From: a virus
Reading direction: 5' to 3' (one strand)
IMG/VR virus record: IMGVR_UViG_3300031787_000075
Coordinates: 9,533-73,532 of that record
Length of the DNA: 64,000 bases
Positions 26,617 through 35,015 of the stretch are shown here, in pieces. The first letter of the stretch is position 1. Each line of letters begins with the position of its first letter. A program made the translations under genes and the position numbers. The notes under the pieces are model-generated. The model saw only the letters and a program-made list of their open reading frames with translations. It was not told the DNA's origin and ran no database searches.

Positions 26617-27121
26617 TTGGTGTATTAATTTTGTTTCTTTCAGGTTTGAGAACCAAGAGAAAGCAACCTCACTTTATGACAAATTTTATGCTTTACAATC
26701 GTCAGATAAAGGAGAAGTTCCCGAAAATTGTCAATGCGTGGATGGGTATCTGTTTGATGTTGTTGTAGCAGACCAAGGTATTTTTCAGGTCGCTAATGAA
26801 ACCAGCTTTGAGTTTGGTATTGTATTTTCAAGTCGATGGGCACCAATCAATGAAACCCTAATAAATATTGCCAAAACTTATGATGCCATTGGCTTCGAGT
26901 GCGAATATTCTGAAACTGGCAATATGGTTTATGGCAAGTTTTTTTATGATACTGCCACAGATAATACACTAGACCAACCATTGAGCGATGATGATTTTGA
27001 TAAGTATGTTTGGAATGAAGAAACCGAAAATTACACCTACAATGGTGTTATTTACGAATCAGACGAAGAAATCCTTGAACTAATTCACGCAGAAAAATAT
27101 CCTAATTTCTTTAAATCATGA
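26609..27121 (+). CDS. DUF1281/Api92-like ferredoxin-fold protein
   Basis: 'MPNWC.N' start, 'F.SRWAP', 'YSETGN..YG'. Confidence 0.7.
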   Translation: MPNWCINFVSFRFENQEKATSLYDKFYALQSSDKGEVPENCQCVDGYLFDVVVADQGIFQVANETSFEFGIVFSSRWAPINETLINIAKTYDAIGFECEYSETGNMVYGKFFYDTATDNTLDQPLSDDDFDKYVWNEETENYTYNGVIYESDEEILELIHAEKYPNFFKS

Positions 27122-27243
27122 GAGTACAACCATTTCAACCTCTTGGGGTAAGAGTTAAGCCTAGGAAGGCTAAAATCAACAAGAAACAAAAATTAGAGGC
27201 AGTATTCGCCAAAATCGTTAAACCAATTAAACCCAATGACTAA
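27118..27243 (+). CDS. 41-aa basic peptide
   Basis: Not in the ORF track: MRVQPFQPLGVRVKPRKAKINKKQKLEAVFAKIVKPIKPND*; ATGA overlap with the upstream stop codon. Confidence 0.5.
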   Translation: MRVQPFQPLGVRVKPRKAKINKKQKLEAVFAKIVKPIKPND

Positions 27244-27430
27244 CAGAATTTATTACATTGCCATTGCCTGCATGATTGTAGGCTTTGGCTTTACCCCTAA
27301 CCAGCTCGCGATTAAAACCGCTTTTTTTGGCATGGTTTCATTCGCTTTAACAGCGCTTTATGAAATCATAGTCATAATCATTCAAAACTTTAACAAACCA
27401 CCTAAAAACAATGGAAATTACAAATTTTAA
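27236..27430 (+). CDS. Small membrane protein (2 TM)
   Basis: Two hydrophobic segments. Confidence 0.55.
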   Translation: MTNRIYYIAIACMIVGFGFTPNQLAIKTAFFGMVSFALTALYEIIVIIIQNFNKPPKNNGNYKF

Positions 27431-27578
27431 AATCGAACACCCATTTGCTTATTGGGTGGCACTCATTTTTTGTTCCATAGCTATTATTGGCATAGTATTG
27501 CTAGTATTAGCTGTGGCAGCATCATTTATTTATGAAGATATTGAAAATGAAGAGGAGGATCAATGGCCAAAGAGTTGA
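27411..27578 (+). CDS. Small single-TM protein
   Basis: Not in the ORF track: MEITNFKIEHPFAYWVALIFCSIAIIGIVLLVLAVAASFIYEDIENEEEDQWPKS*. Confidence 0.55.
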   Translation: MEITNFKIEHPFAYWVALIFCSIAIIGIVLLVLAVAASFIYEDIENEEEDQWPKS

Positions 27579-27700
27579 TTATCCCGCTCACCCTTTTGTT
27601 TTTCTATATCTTATTTACTTGGGCGCAACCTCCAAAAGCAACCAAGCCCAAAGAATCAAAACCAAGTTCAAAACCAAAAAAATCAAAACACAAATGTTGA
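27563..27700 (+). CDS. Small single-TM protein with Lys-rich tail
   Basis: Not in the ORF track: MAKELIIPLTLLFFYILFTWAQPPKATKPKESKPSSKPKKSKHKC*. Confidence 0.5.
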   Translation: MAKELIIPLTLLFFYILFTWAQPPKATKPKESKPSSKPKKSKHKC

Positions 27701-28152
27701 AATACACAGATTTACAGCCTAACAAATTCTATACGATGATAGGCACAAACATGATGGCCGTAACGGTGGCTCAAACCATTCAGTTCATTAAAATTAGTGA
27801 GGCAGGCAGCATAATTTTCAAAAGGATTGAAAAGACCGGCTTAAGCAAGCAGTTATACACGCTACCACCCAACAAGTATGAGTATTTGGATGGCAGCAAG
27901 ACCAGTATTGGTATATGGACAGATGCAGAAATACCTTGCCACAGCGGATACATAACATTTCGAGGCGACAACAACATTAATATTTGCGCCAAAGCAAGTG
28001 ATGTCGATAAAGTTAAAGCTATCCTAGAGCAGGGGTTGAGCGAAGACTACAAGTCTAGGGTGTGCTTGTTTGTCATAGATGAAAAAACCAATACCAGATC
28101 AGATGAAGGAGAAATGATTTTTGATACCGAAAACCAATTAATTTACAAGTAA
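27694..28152 (+). CDS. Hypothetical protein
   Basis: Start moved to MLKYTDLQ because the upstream part of the track ORF overlaps two small TM ORFs. Confidence 0.55.
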   Translation: MLKYTDLQPNKFYTMIGTNMMAVTVAQTIQFIKISEAGSIIFKRIEKTGLSKQLYTLPPNKYEYLDGSKTSIGIWTDAEIPCHSGYITFRGDNNINICAKASDVDKVKAILEQGLSEDYKSRVCLFVIDEKTNTRSDEGEMIFDTENQLIYK

Positions 28153-28379
28153 TGGCAACATACATTCAAGACTTAAACATTAAATTAGCTTTTCATCCCG
28201 ATGGGAAAAAAGCACAGCTATTCGTTCCAGAATCTTTGACCAAAGAGTTTCCAGCTCTCACCCCTCATGTGTTTGTTTTGTCAGACAAAGAGTTTAATGG
28301 CCCATATTGTCGCGACATAATTGAACACAGATTGTCTAACTTTTACAAAACCGAAGAAGAGGAGGTTAGTAATGGCTAA
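28152..28379 (+). CDS. Hypothetical protein
   Basis: TAATG overlap with the upstream gene. Confidence 0.5.
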   Translation: MATYIQDLNIKLAFHPDGKKAQLFVPESLTKEFPALTPHVFVLSDKEFNGPYCRDIIEHRLSNFYKTEEEEVSNG

Positions 28380-28593
28380 GACTTTCACTAAATGGTACAA
28401 CAATCTGCCTGCCTCCAAACAAAAGGAGGCAAGGCAGTTCATGACCACCATCATGGGCAGAAGCACCATGTATAAAGTTATAGGCGAAGAGTTCAGCCCT
28501 TCGCCTGATAGATGCCAAAAAATAGCAGATTACGCTAGAGTACAAATTAGTTTTAACGACATAATTTATTCGCCAAATGATACAATTCAGTAG
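28372..28593 (+). CDS. Small Cro/HTH-like regulator
   Basis: 'MGRSTMYKVIGEEFSPSPDRCQKIADY' resembles an HTH. Confidence 0.45.
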   Translation: MAKTFTKWYNNLPASKQKEARQFMTTIMGRSTMYKVIGEEFSPSPDRCQKIADYARVQISFNDIIYSPNDTIQ

Positions 28594-28765
28594 GACCAGT
28601 CTTGCAGATGCCATGCTGCATTTAATTTATTTGAAAAAAAGTTTTGCCACCTATAAAATAATAGGAGGCAATTATGTTTTTAGGGCATTTTGCAGCAAGG
28701 AAGACAGAGATAAATCTATTTCTAACACCCAAGATGTATTAGTATTAATCGACATTAAGTATTAG
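28577..28765 (+). CDS. Hypothetical protein
   Basis: Packed small ORF. Confidence 0.4.
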   Translation: MIQFSRTSLADAMLHLIYLKKSFATYKIIGGNYVFRAFCSKEDRDKSISNTQDVLVLIDIKY

Positions 28766-28767
28766 GT

Positions 28768-29100
28768 ATGGCAAAATTCACCAAAAAAAAGAAGGTAGAG
28801 GCAGCTAATTTGCAGATAGTGTATATTCATGCCTTATGCAAGGCCATCCACCACTCAATTAAGCTTCCAAAAGAAAATATTGGCTTAATCGGTACTGCCG
28901 AGGAGAAGGAGGCCATAAATCAACTATCTGCCAAAGTAAATTATTTTATCAAGACCTATGATAAGATATTTGAGCAAGACCTTATGGCAAAGAAATATGT
29001 CATGGGCAATTTTAATAGCATAGACGAATTTTCGATGCAAATACTAGAACAAGTAGAATTAATTTTATCCAAACCACATCATGAACAAAACAAACACTAG
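28768..29100 (+). CDS. Hypothetical protein
   Basis: 110-aa helical ORF. Confidence 0.5.
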   Translation: MAKFTKKKKVEAANLQIVYIHALCKAIHHSIKLPKENIGLIGTAEEKEAINQLSAKVNYFIKTYDKIFEQDLMAKKYVMGNFNSIDEFSMQILEQVELILSKPHHEQNKH

Positions 29101-29455
29101 AACCTTGGAGCAGGTGTTCCAAGACCTCACAGAATGGCAGATGGCCAAATTTCCAAATCCAAACCTCAATGGATTAGTAAATCACATTAGAGAAGAATTG
29201 GTAGAGTTTGAGGCAGAAATTCAAGCCCTAACTGCCGAAACCCGAACCAAAGCCGCCACAGAGATTGTGGATGTAATTATCCTATCGTTTCAAGCACTTA
29301 GGGTAGTGTTACAGCCCATTAGTGATGAAACCAACACAGAAATGCTAAAATCGGTACTGGAGGAAAAACTATCTGTACTTAAGGATAGGCAATATCCTAC
29401 CGAGCCCGACCAGGATGGCAAGTTCAAGCATTTAAAAGGAGGTCAAGATGTATAA
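29081..29455 (+). CDS. MazG-like dATP/dGTP pyrophosphohydrolase (DUF550-like)
   Basis: 'W....F......HIREEL.E...E..DVIIL....KL.VLK.R.YP....G.FKH'. Confidence 0.75.
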   Translation: MNKTNTRTLEQVFQDLTEWQMAKFPNPNLNGLVNHIREELVEFEAEIQALTAETRTKAATEIVDVIILSFQALRVVLQPISDETNTEMLKSVLEEKLSVLKDRQYPTEPDQDGKFKHLKGGQDV

Positions 29456-29942
29456 CGCAGTACAAGTAGTTGACGCCATGGACCAGTTCTGTCGACAATG
29501 GCTGCCTGATTATTCATTTTCCAGCTCCAACACCTCTTATTTAAAAGCAAAATATAGTGATGGCAAAGACTATAGTAATTATGAATATGGCTTTTTTATT
29601 AATTTTAACAAGCCAGTAATCGGGGTTGACAAGCAATACCTTCACTTGTCATTTAGCGTATCTCATATAGAGGCAGATTTTCGGAATTTCAAAGAGTTTT
29701 GGCAAAGGTTTATTGACACCATAGAGCCTTTGATTTACTTGTCACCACTTAGCCCCAAATACGTTGAGTACAAGATTATGGGCGCAGTTCATGAGGCTGT
29801 TAGTACAATAGAATTGTTTGAGAGTATTCGTGACGTTCAAAGGCAGCGTGAAAGATTATATGGTACAGAACCCTGCCCTATCTGCCACTACCCTAGCAAT
29901 GGCAAAGGCCATAGATGTATTCTAACCAATGAACAGCTTTAA
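29448..29942 (+). CDS. Hypothetical protein with C-terminal Zn-knuckle-like motif
   Basis: CPICH...HRC at the C-terminus. Confidence 0.5.
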   Translation: MYNAVQVVDAMDQFCRQWLPDYSFSSSNTSYLKAKYSDGKDYSNYEYGFFINFNKPVIGVDKQYLHLSFSVSHIEADFRNFKEFWQRFIDTIEPLIYLSPLSPKYVEYKIMGAVHEAVSTIELFESIRDVQRQRERLYGTEPCPICHYPSNGKGHRCILTNEQL

Positions 29943-29954
29943 TCCATACCGACC

Positions 29955-30209
29955 ATGAGTAAAGTAACAATGGAATTATCAGCCACAACAGCTTTGAATA
30001 TACTAGGCTTTTTAAAAGAATTTGAACAAGAACTTAATTTGCATCCTCTATGTAGATTCATGTTAGAAAGCTATCAAGAATTTGAGGCAGAGATAAACTC
30101 TAAAATGACACAAGAGCAGTTTGAAGATGCCGTAAAGGAAATTAAAATAGCTGTATTAATGGGAAAGGCTCCAGACAATGCCAAAAGCGGTTCAATATTC
30201 AACAAATAA
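29955..30209 (+). CDS. Hypothetical protein
   Basis: 84-aa ORF. Confidence 0.5.
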   Translation: MSKVTMELSATTALNILGFLKEFEQELNLHPLCRFMLESYQEFEAEINSKMTQEQFEDAVKEIKIAVLMGKAPDNAKSGSIFNK

Positions 30210-30214
30210 AAGTT

Positions 30215-30418
30215 ATGAGCATCGAAGTAACACCAGAGAAGATATTGGCTAGAGCCAAGATTCTTCATATAGATATGCTTGCCGACCAAATAAGAATACG
30301 CCAGCATTTGTGCATGAGATTTTTTAAAGAAGAAAAAGATGACGAATTAAAAAGGCAGAGCCAAATTAAACACCAATTGGTTTGCATATTCTTGGACCGA
30401 ATCAACAAACTAAATTAA
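30215..30418 (+). CDS. Hypothetical protein
   Basis: Last gene before the terminator. Confidence 0.45.
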   Translation: MSIEVTPEKILARAKILHIDMLADQIRIRQHLCMRFFKEEKDDELKRQSQIKHQLVCIFLDRINKLN

Positions 30419-30422
30419 CTTT

Positions 30423-30465
30423 AAAACAAAAGCCCGACTCTTAAATGAATCGGGCTTTTTTATTT
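30423..30465. terminator. Bidirectional intrinsic terminator
   Basis: AAAAGCCCGA..TCGGGCTTTTTT between convergent operons. Confidence 0.85.
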
Positions 30466-30474
30466 GCCTATATC

Positions 30475-31302
30475 CTAGTTTGAGTCACTACTCAACAACA
30501 ACCTTATAATAGACTTGGTATCATCGGGAAAGTCTTTGCCCAAACACCAGTTCATTAATCCTCTTTGGTCATAATCTTGGGCATCTACTGGCTTACCCAT
30601 AAACTTGCCAAACCCCCATGTGGTTACTCCATCTTTGGATCTGAAATTGCCACTAACATCAAGCATATCGCCTCCGTATCTTGAAGCCTTGCCATACACC
30701 TCCCAAAAGTCCTTAAAAATGTCAGGCTCCGGGAAATCTTTTAGAAATGGGTAATAATTGTATTTCTCGAAATCAAGGTAAAGCATATCATTAATAGTGG
30801 CAGTTAAACTAGCGGTTGCCTCCACATCTACCATGGCATTATGGGCATCTCCATATTTATCCTTGATTGTTTCCCCAGTAAAGAAAAAGAATGAGGCTTC
30901 CAAGGTTCTAGGTGCTAATAGCTTTACTAAGTTACCTGTATCGAATACGTTTCTACCCTTAATCTCGAAATTTAGTCCGCAACGCTCAAATTCTTTATAC
31001 AGAAGCTTTAAGTCAAAGCCAATGATATTGAACCCTGCCAATACGGTTTCGGCCTCCATAAAGTCATTAAAAACGACTTGCGCAAATTCAGAAAATTTAG
31101 GCTTGTCTTTAACCATATCGTCTGTGATTTTATGGACCTCGCTTGCCTCTGCACTTATCGGCTTTTCAGGATTGAAAAACAAATCGTGTCTAAAAATCTC
31201 ATTAAATCCAGTATCAACTACTAAATAAGATAGCTGTACTATCCTATCGGTTTGGGTGTCTAACCCTGTTGACTCTATGTCAAAAAATAGAATTTTTCTC
31301 AT
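30475..31302 (-). CDS. DEDDh 3'-5' exonuclease (DnaQ-like)
   Basis: 'FDIESTGL', 'GFNIIGFD', 'HNAMVDV' and a C-terminal 'FGKFMG' domain. Confidence 0.9.
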   Translation of the reverse strand: MRKILFFDIESTGLDTQTDRIVQLSYLVVDTGFNEIFRHDLFFNPEKPISAEASEVHKITDDMVKDKPKFSEFAQVVFNDFMEAETVLAGFNIIGFDLKLLYKEFERCGLNFEIKGRNVFDTGNLVKLLAPRTLEASFFFFTGETIKDKYGDAHNAMVDVEATASLTATINDMLYLDFEKYNYYPFLKDFPEPDIFKDFWEVYGKASRYGGDMLDVSGNFRSKDGVTTWGFGKFMGKPVDAQDYDQRGLMNWCLGKDFPDDTKSIIRLLLSSDSN

Positions 31303-31756
31303 GTTCGTATTGTTGTTTTAAAAATTGTTGATACTCTAGTAAATACTTGGCTCCTGGTCCAAGCTTTAAAAAATCCATCTTAGTGCCATGGTCGAAACAG
31401 CCATGAACATTTGTGTCATAATCGTAGCTTAACAAAACCACGTTAAAATCCTTCTCTCTATATCGGGTGTGGTTTCTTGTCAATACATGGGCAAAACTGC
31501 CGGGAACCATGTTTTTAATCGGCTTATAGGTCACGCAGCACACCCTATATTGCTTTGTGTGTTCATACCATTCCTCCATACTCATGTACTCTCTCTTGAC
31601 AAATTGACTTCCTGGCTTTCTTTCGGTCCAGATCCTTACGAATAAATCCATGAGATTCCTCTCCTTCTCCACCCTCTTTTTCTTTATAGGGGTCCTTTTT
31701 ATGGCCTGCTTTAGTTTTTTCGCAGGCATACCTTTCTTTGGATACGGTTTTGCCAT
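31280..31756 (-). CDS. HNH/NinG-like nuclease
   Basis: 'CCVT...FAHVL.....R...NVVLL.....H..FD'. Confidence 0.55.
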   Translation of the reverse strand: MAKPYPKKGMPAKKLKQAIKRTPIKKKRVEKERNLMDLFVRIWTERKPGSQFVKREYMSMEEWYEHTKQYRVCCVTYKPIKNMVPGSFAHVLTRNHTRYREKDFNVVLLSYDYDTNVHGCFDHGTKMDFLKLGPGAKYLLEYQQFLKQQYEHEKNSIF

Positions 31757-32415
31757 TACTTTATATCGTTTAGTTTGTTAAATACATAATCTCCAAACTG
31801 CTTTGCCATTGCATTGGCGATACCCTCAAAAAACCTGCTCCTTTTGTGGCCGCCACCATTAATACCCTTTATTGAATCCGTTAAATACCTTTTCTTGCCC
31901 GACTTATCTATATAAACAGGTTCAGGATATTCTGTATGAGTGCCTTGCTCAAACAAATTGGTGTTGGCGCTATGAACTAATTTAGGCAAATCCTTTAGCC
32001 ACAAACAAGTTCTTTTTAACTCTCTGTCACCAAAATAATAGGGGTGAATTACTTGGTCATGCTTTCTTATGGCAGCATCAGCACACCCCATAGGGTTCTC
32101 AATACAAATGTGTGGAATATTTGCCTCCAGTAGTGTTGCGAAAAATGTTAATGCCTCCAACCTCTTAAAAACCCTGCCTGGTTCATTCCAATACTTCTTG
32201 CCCGAAAAAGTTAAATATGTGCATGGTGGATGCCCTATCATAATATCCCAACCATCATTGATAATGTCTAACACACTACCTTTATAATGATTTCCCGGAA
32301 CCTCTGTGTCTAAGATATCACAACTCCATGCCTCAAATCCTTGCCTAGCAAAAGCATCTCTAACGATTCCTGAATACTCACAAGCTACCAAAACCTTTAT
32401 TTTACCTCTTTCCAT
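31756..32415 (-). CDS. DNA cytosine-5 methyltransferase
   Basis: 'VLVACEYSG', catalytic 'HPPC', 'IENP', 'KRTCLWL', 'RSRFFEGIANAMA.Q'. Confidence 0.85.
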   Translation of the reverse strand: MERGKIKVLVACEYSGIVRDAFARQGFEAWSCDILDTEVPGNHYKGSVLDIINDGWDIMIGHPPCTYLTFSGKKYWNEPGRVFKRLEALTFFATLLEANIPHICIENPMGCADAAIRKHDQVIHPYYFGDRELKRTCLWLKDLPKLVHSANTNLFEQGTHTEYPEPVYIDKSGKKRYLTDSIKGINGGGHKRSRFFEGIANAMAKQFGDYVFNKLNDIK

Positions 32416-32420
32416 TCCAA

Positions 32421-32672
32421 TTAAATAATATAGCCTTTTTTATTTCTTTGAAACATCGGACCTTTTTTATCATGTCCTTTGGGAAACATAAGTTTTACAT
32501 TGCCTAAATCGTAATCGCTTTCTAACAATCCTCTATCGTTTCTTGGTTTAATACTTCTTTCTTGTCTGATTATACATCTTTCTCCCAAATAGTCCGTTAA
32601 CAAGAAAGGACTGGTTTCAACGCAATGAATGCGCTCTGGCAGGTTTAAGTGGCTGTTGTTGTCTGTGTTCAT
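32421..32672 (-). CDS. Hypothetical protein
   Basis: 83-aa ORF. Confidence 0.45.
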   Translation of the reverse strand: MNTDNNSHLNLPERIHCVETSPFLLTDYLGERCIIRQERSIKPRNDRGLLESDYDLGNVKLMFPKGHDKKGPMFQRNKKGYII

Positions 32673-32688
32673 AAATTTGGTTAATTAA

Positions 32689-32710
32689 AGGGCAGAGAAA
32701 CTCCCTGCCC
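32689..32710 (-). terminator. Putative terminator hairpin
   Basis: GGGCAG..CTGCCC stem right after the DUF2829 gene. Confidence 0.45.
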
Positions 32711-32719
32711 AGTGAAAAA

Positions 32720-33223
32720 TTAGTCTAGGATAATCCAATCTTCTGCTAGGGTGTCGCTTCCTGATGGTGTCCAAGTGGCAATATCTTCTTGGGCTGTTTT
32801 TAATGCCCAATAAGCACGATAGGGAACCATTGCGTTTTCTCCAAAGTGTGCTTTCGCTGCACCTGTTTGAGCGGGGTAACTTGCGGCAGGTACAATGTAG
32901 GCGAACATTCCACTTCCGTTCCAACCCAACCTTGCTACTCTCTTACCAGCTTTTGCGGCTTCGGTAGCGTGTCCAAAGGTTAAATGACCATTGGTTCTGT
33001 AACTTTCATCAAATGCTTTGGCAGGACTCCAAGAAATGTAATCATCGCTGTAAGCAACGACATAGCCAATTTCGGTAGGGTCTTCATCGTCTGGCACTGA
33101 CCAACCCTTAAGGTTGCAGTAATCTACTTTCGACATTGGCGCGGCATGGATAGTCTTTGTACCCATGTGCATTTGTAAGCTGATTTTAGAGCCTTCTTGT
33201 GGCCCATCTATAATTTTTGTCAT
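32720..33223 (-). CDS. DUF2829 / Tad2-like anti-defence sponge with N-terminal fused domain
   Basis: C-terminal half 'LTFGHATEAAKAGKRVARLGWNGSGMF...WTPSGSDTLAEDW'; N-terminal half 'GTKTIHAAPM...GYVVAY.D.YISWSP...F..SY'. Confidence 0.8.
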   Translation of the reverse strand: MTKIIDGPQEGSKISLQMHMGTKTIHAAPMSKVDYCNLKGWSVPDDEDPTEIGYVVAYSDDYISWSPAKAFDESYRTNGHLTFGHATEAAKAGKRVARLGWNGSGMFAYIVPAASYPAQTGAAKAHFGENAMVPYRAYWALKTAQEDIATWTPSGSDTLAEDWIILD

Positions 33224-33254
33224 AATTTATTGTGTTCAGATTCCTGTTCCCGAT

Positions 33255-33995
33255 TTATAGTTTTTGCAAGAATTTATGTAGAGCCATGTTCCAACGTGCA
33301 TCTTCTAAGGCATTATGCTCTTTAGTTATTTTTGGGTAGTTGGGCAAATCTTTAATTGATTTTATAGTCTTTCCTGCTTCCGACAAAATTCTAAGTTGGT
33401 AATCTGTTCTTCTCAATGAACTATAATAGTTTTCAATTTCGTCAAATTTTTGCTTCAAGTCAATACAATACTTTGGAAACCCTTTTGGCAGGTCCAGCAT
33501 CTTGCCAAACAGCCAACAAAAAACCACCCAATCATAGTCTGCATAGTAGCCGTAAAACTTAGGTTCGCTCTTGTAAGTATCATTGTACTTATCTTCTGTA
33601 GATTGATTATAAACAAATTCTTTAATTTCAATTGCTATTTCAGCATTGGTTTTGCCAAAGCTATTTAGCAGCATTTTCATACTTCCGTAGTTAAACTCTA
33701 CTCTATTTCTTGCATCTCCATGAACCAACTCTGTGTAAATTTTGACAAGGACATTCTCTCTTATCCAATACACTTTCTTCATGCCTCCGTTGTCAATGTC
33801 TGGTTTAAGGTCATACCTATTCCAAGCCTCACGCAAGTTAAAATCTTTTGATATAGCATAATACGCTCTGCCATCTTCTGCCACAATACCTATACTAATT
33901 AGGTCAATGGTAGGTTTGGTTTTTCCAAATGGTATTCCCAGAATACGTTTGGTTTGTGTTCCTTCTAGGAACTCTGTGTCTATATAGTAATTCAT
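33255..33995 (-). CDS. DEDDh 3'-5' exoribonuclease (Rv2179c-like)
   Basis: 'YYIDTEF', 'LISIGIVAEDGRAYYA', 'YDWVVFCWLFG.M..LP.GFP', 'HNALEDARW'. Confidence 0.85.
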   Translation of the reverse strand: MNYYIDTEFLEGTQTKRILGIPFGKTKPTIDLISIGIVAEDGRAYYAISKDFNLREAWNRYDLKPDIDNGGMKKVYWIRENVLVKIYTELVHGDARNRVEFNYGSMKMLLNSFGKTNAEIAIEIKEFVYNQSTEDKYNDTYKSEPKFYGYYADYDWVVFCWLFGKMLDLPKGFPKYCIDLKQKFDEIENYYSSLRRTDYQLRILSEAGKTIKSIKDLPNYPKITKEHNALEDARWNMALHKFLQKL

Positions 33996-34001
33996 GCTTG
34001 T

Positions 34002-34250
34002 TTACATATTTTGGTCCAACAGCCTATTGATAGCTAACCAGGTTTCCTTGTCTTTAAAGTAAATCTCCATGGTTGTAGCACCTCCTTTTTCGTTCATGAG
34101 GTAAATGTCCATGCCGTACAGATTGGTATCGTCTTTATAGAAATAATACCCCTTAAAATCTATTTGGTTGAAGGTAAACATCACATATCCGTTGACATAA
34201 ACCTTGATACGACCATTGTAGGTCTTGAATACATATTTTTTCTTGTTCAT
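34002..34250 (-). CDS. Hypothetical protein
   Basis: Packed ORF. Confidence 0.5.
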   Translation of the reverse strand: MNKKKYVFKTYNGRIKVYVNGYVMFTFNQIDFKGYYFYKDDTNLYGMDIYLMNEKGGATTMEIYFKDKETWLAINRLLDQNM

Positions 34251-34253
34251 GAT

Positions 34254-34505
34254 TTAGAATTTTAAATGGTTTTCTTTGGGTACGCCTCTTCTGTCGTATG
34301 CAGGAATAAGTCTAACACCGCCATCGTTATGGATAATGAACATATATTGGGAGTTGTTATACATCAACTCTTGAATATGCCTAATAATATGATTGCCTCG
34401 GTCTATCCTTTGTTTTAACTCCGAAATTTCCTTTTCTTTCTGATTGGCTAAGCTACTTGTGTATTTTAGCTTAAACATCAAGTTATTGTGCTTTCTTATG
34501 CTCAT
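34254..34505 (-). CDS. Hypothetical protein
   Basis: Packed ORF. Confidence 0.5.
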   Translation of the reverse strand: MSIRKHNNLMFKLKYTSSLANQKEKEISELKQRIDRGNHIIRHIQELMYNNSQYMFIIHNDGGVRLIPAYDRRGVPKENHLKF

Positions 34506-34506
34506 T

Positions 34507-34812
34507 TTACACCTCCTCTATTTGTAGCCCCCAAAATCTATGCGTTTCACTTTGTGTCATAAACGATTGAAACGATTTGAAGGCAAAGTTGTATTTTAAA
34601 TTTTCAAAGTTTTTAGGGTCTGTTTCTGCAAAAAACATCATGTAGTATATAAATGCTGCCATGTCTTTAGTTTTTGCCTCGATAATCTTTTCAGGGAAAA
34701 TGTCTGGATGCCCATCCATACCGCTTGCCAAATAAAAATAAGATATTTTAAACCGCTTAAGCTTAGCCTGATGTTTTTCAAGAGTGTCTTTGTATTTTTC
34801 TGTTCTATCCAT
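34507..34812 (-). CDS. Hypothetical protein
   Basis: Packed ORF. Confidence 0.5.
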   Translation of the reverse strand: MDRTEKYKDTLEKHQAKLKRFKISYFYLASGMDGHPDIFPEKIIEAKTKDMAAFIYYMMFFAETDPKNFENLKYNFAFKSFQSFMTQSETHRFWGLQIEEV

Positions 34813-34823
34813 TTTATTTCCTA

Positions 34824-35015
34824 CTATTCTGTTTGTCCGTTAAGCATTTTTAAGTGATTGCCTGACAATACACCCTTGTTTTCAATCTCAATCTTCCTAT
34901 CCCTGGCATAGATTACCATTTCTCCAATATCCTTGAATGTTTTTCTAAAGCTGTTGTTATCGCTGTCCTCCAATACACAGGTGGCGCCCACGATTTTGAT
35001 TTTTGCCTTTTTCAT
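34824..35015 (-). CDS. Hypothetical protein
   Basis: TAATG overlap with the helicase stop codon. Confidence 0.5.
   Translation of the reverse strand: MKKAKIKIVGATCVLEDSDNNSFRKTFKDIGEMVIYARDRKIEIENKGVLSGNHLKMLNGQTE

Noticed and set aside
29081-29455. 2-aminoadenine (Z) genome pathway suggested by the DUF550-like gene
   Set aside because: No purZ, datZ or phage DNA polymerase was recognised in the window.
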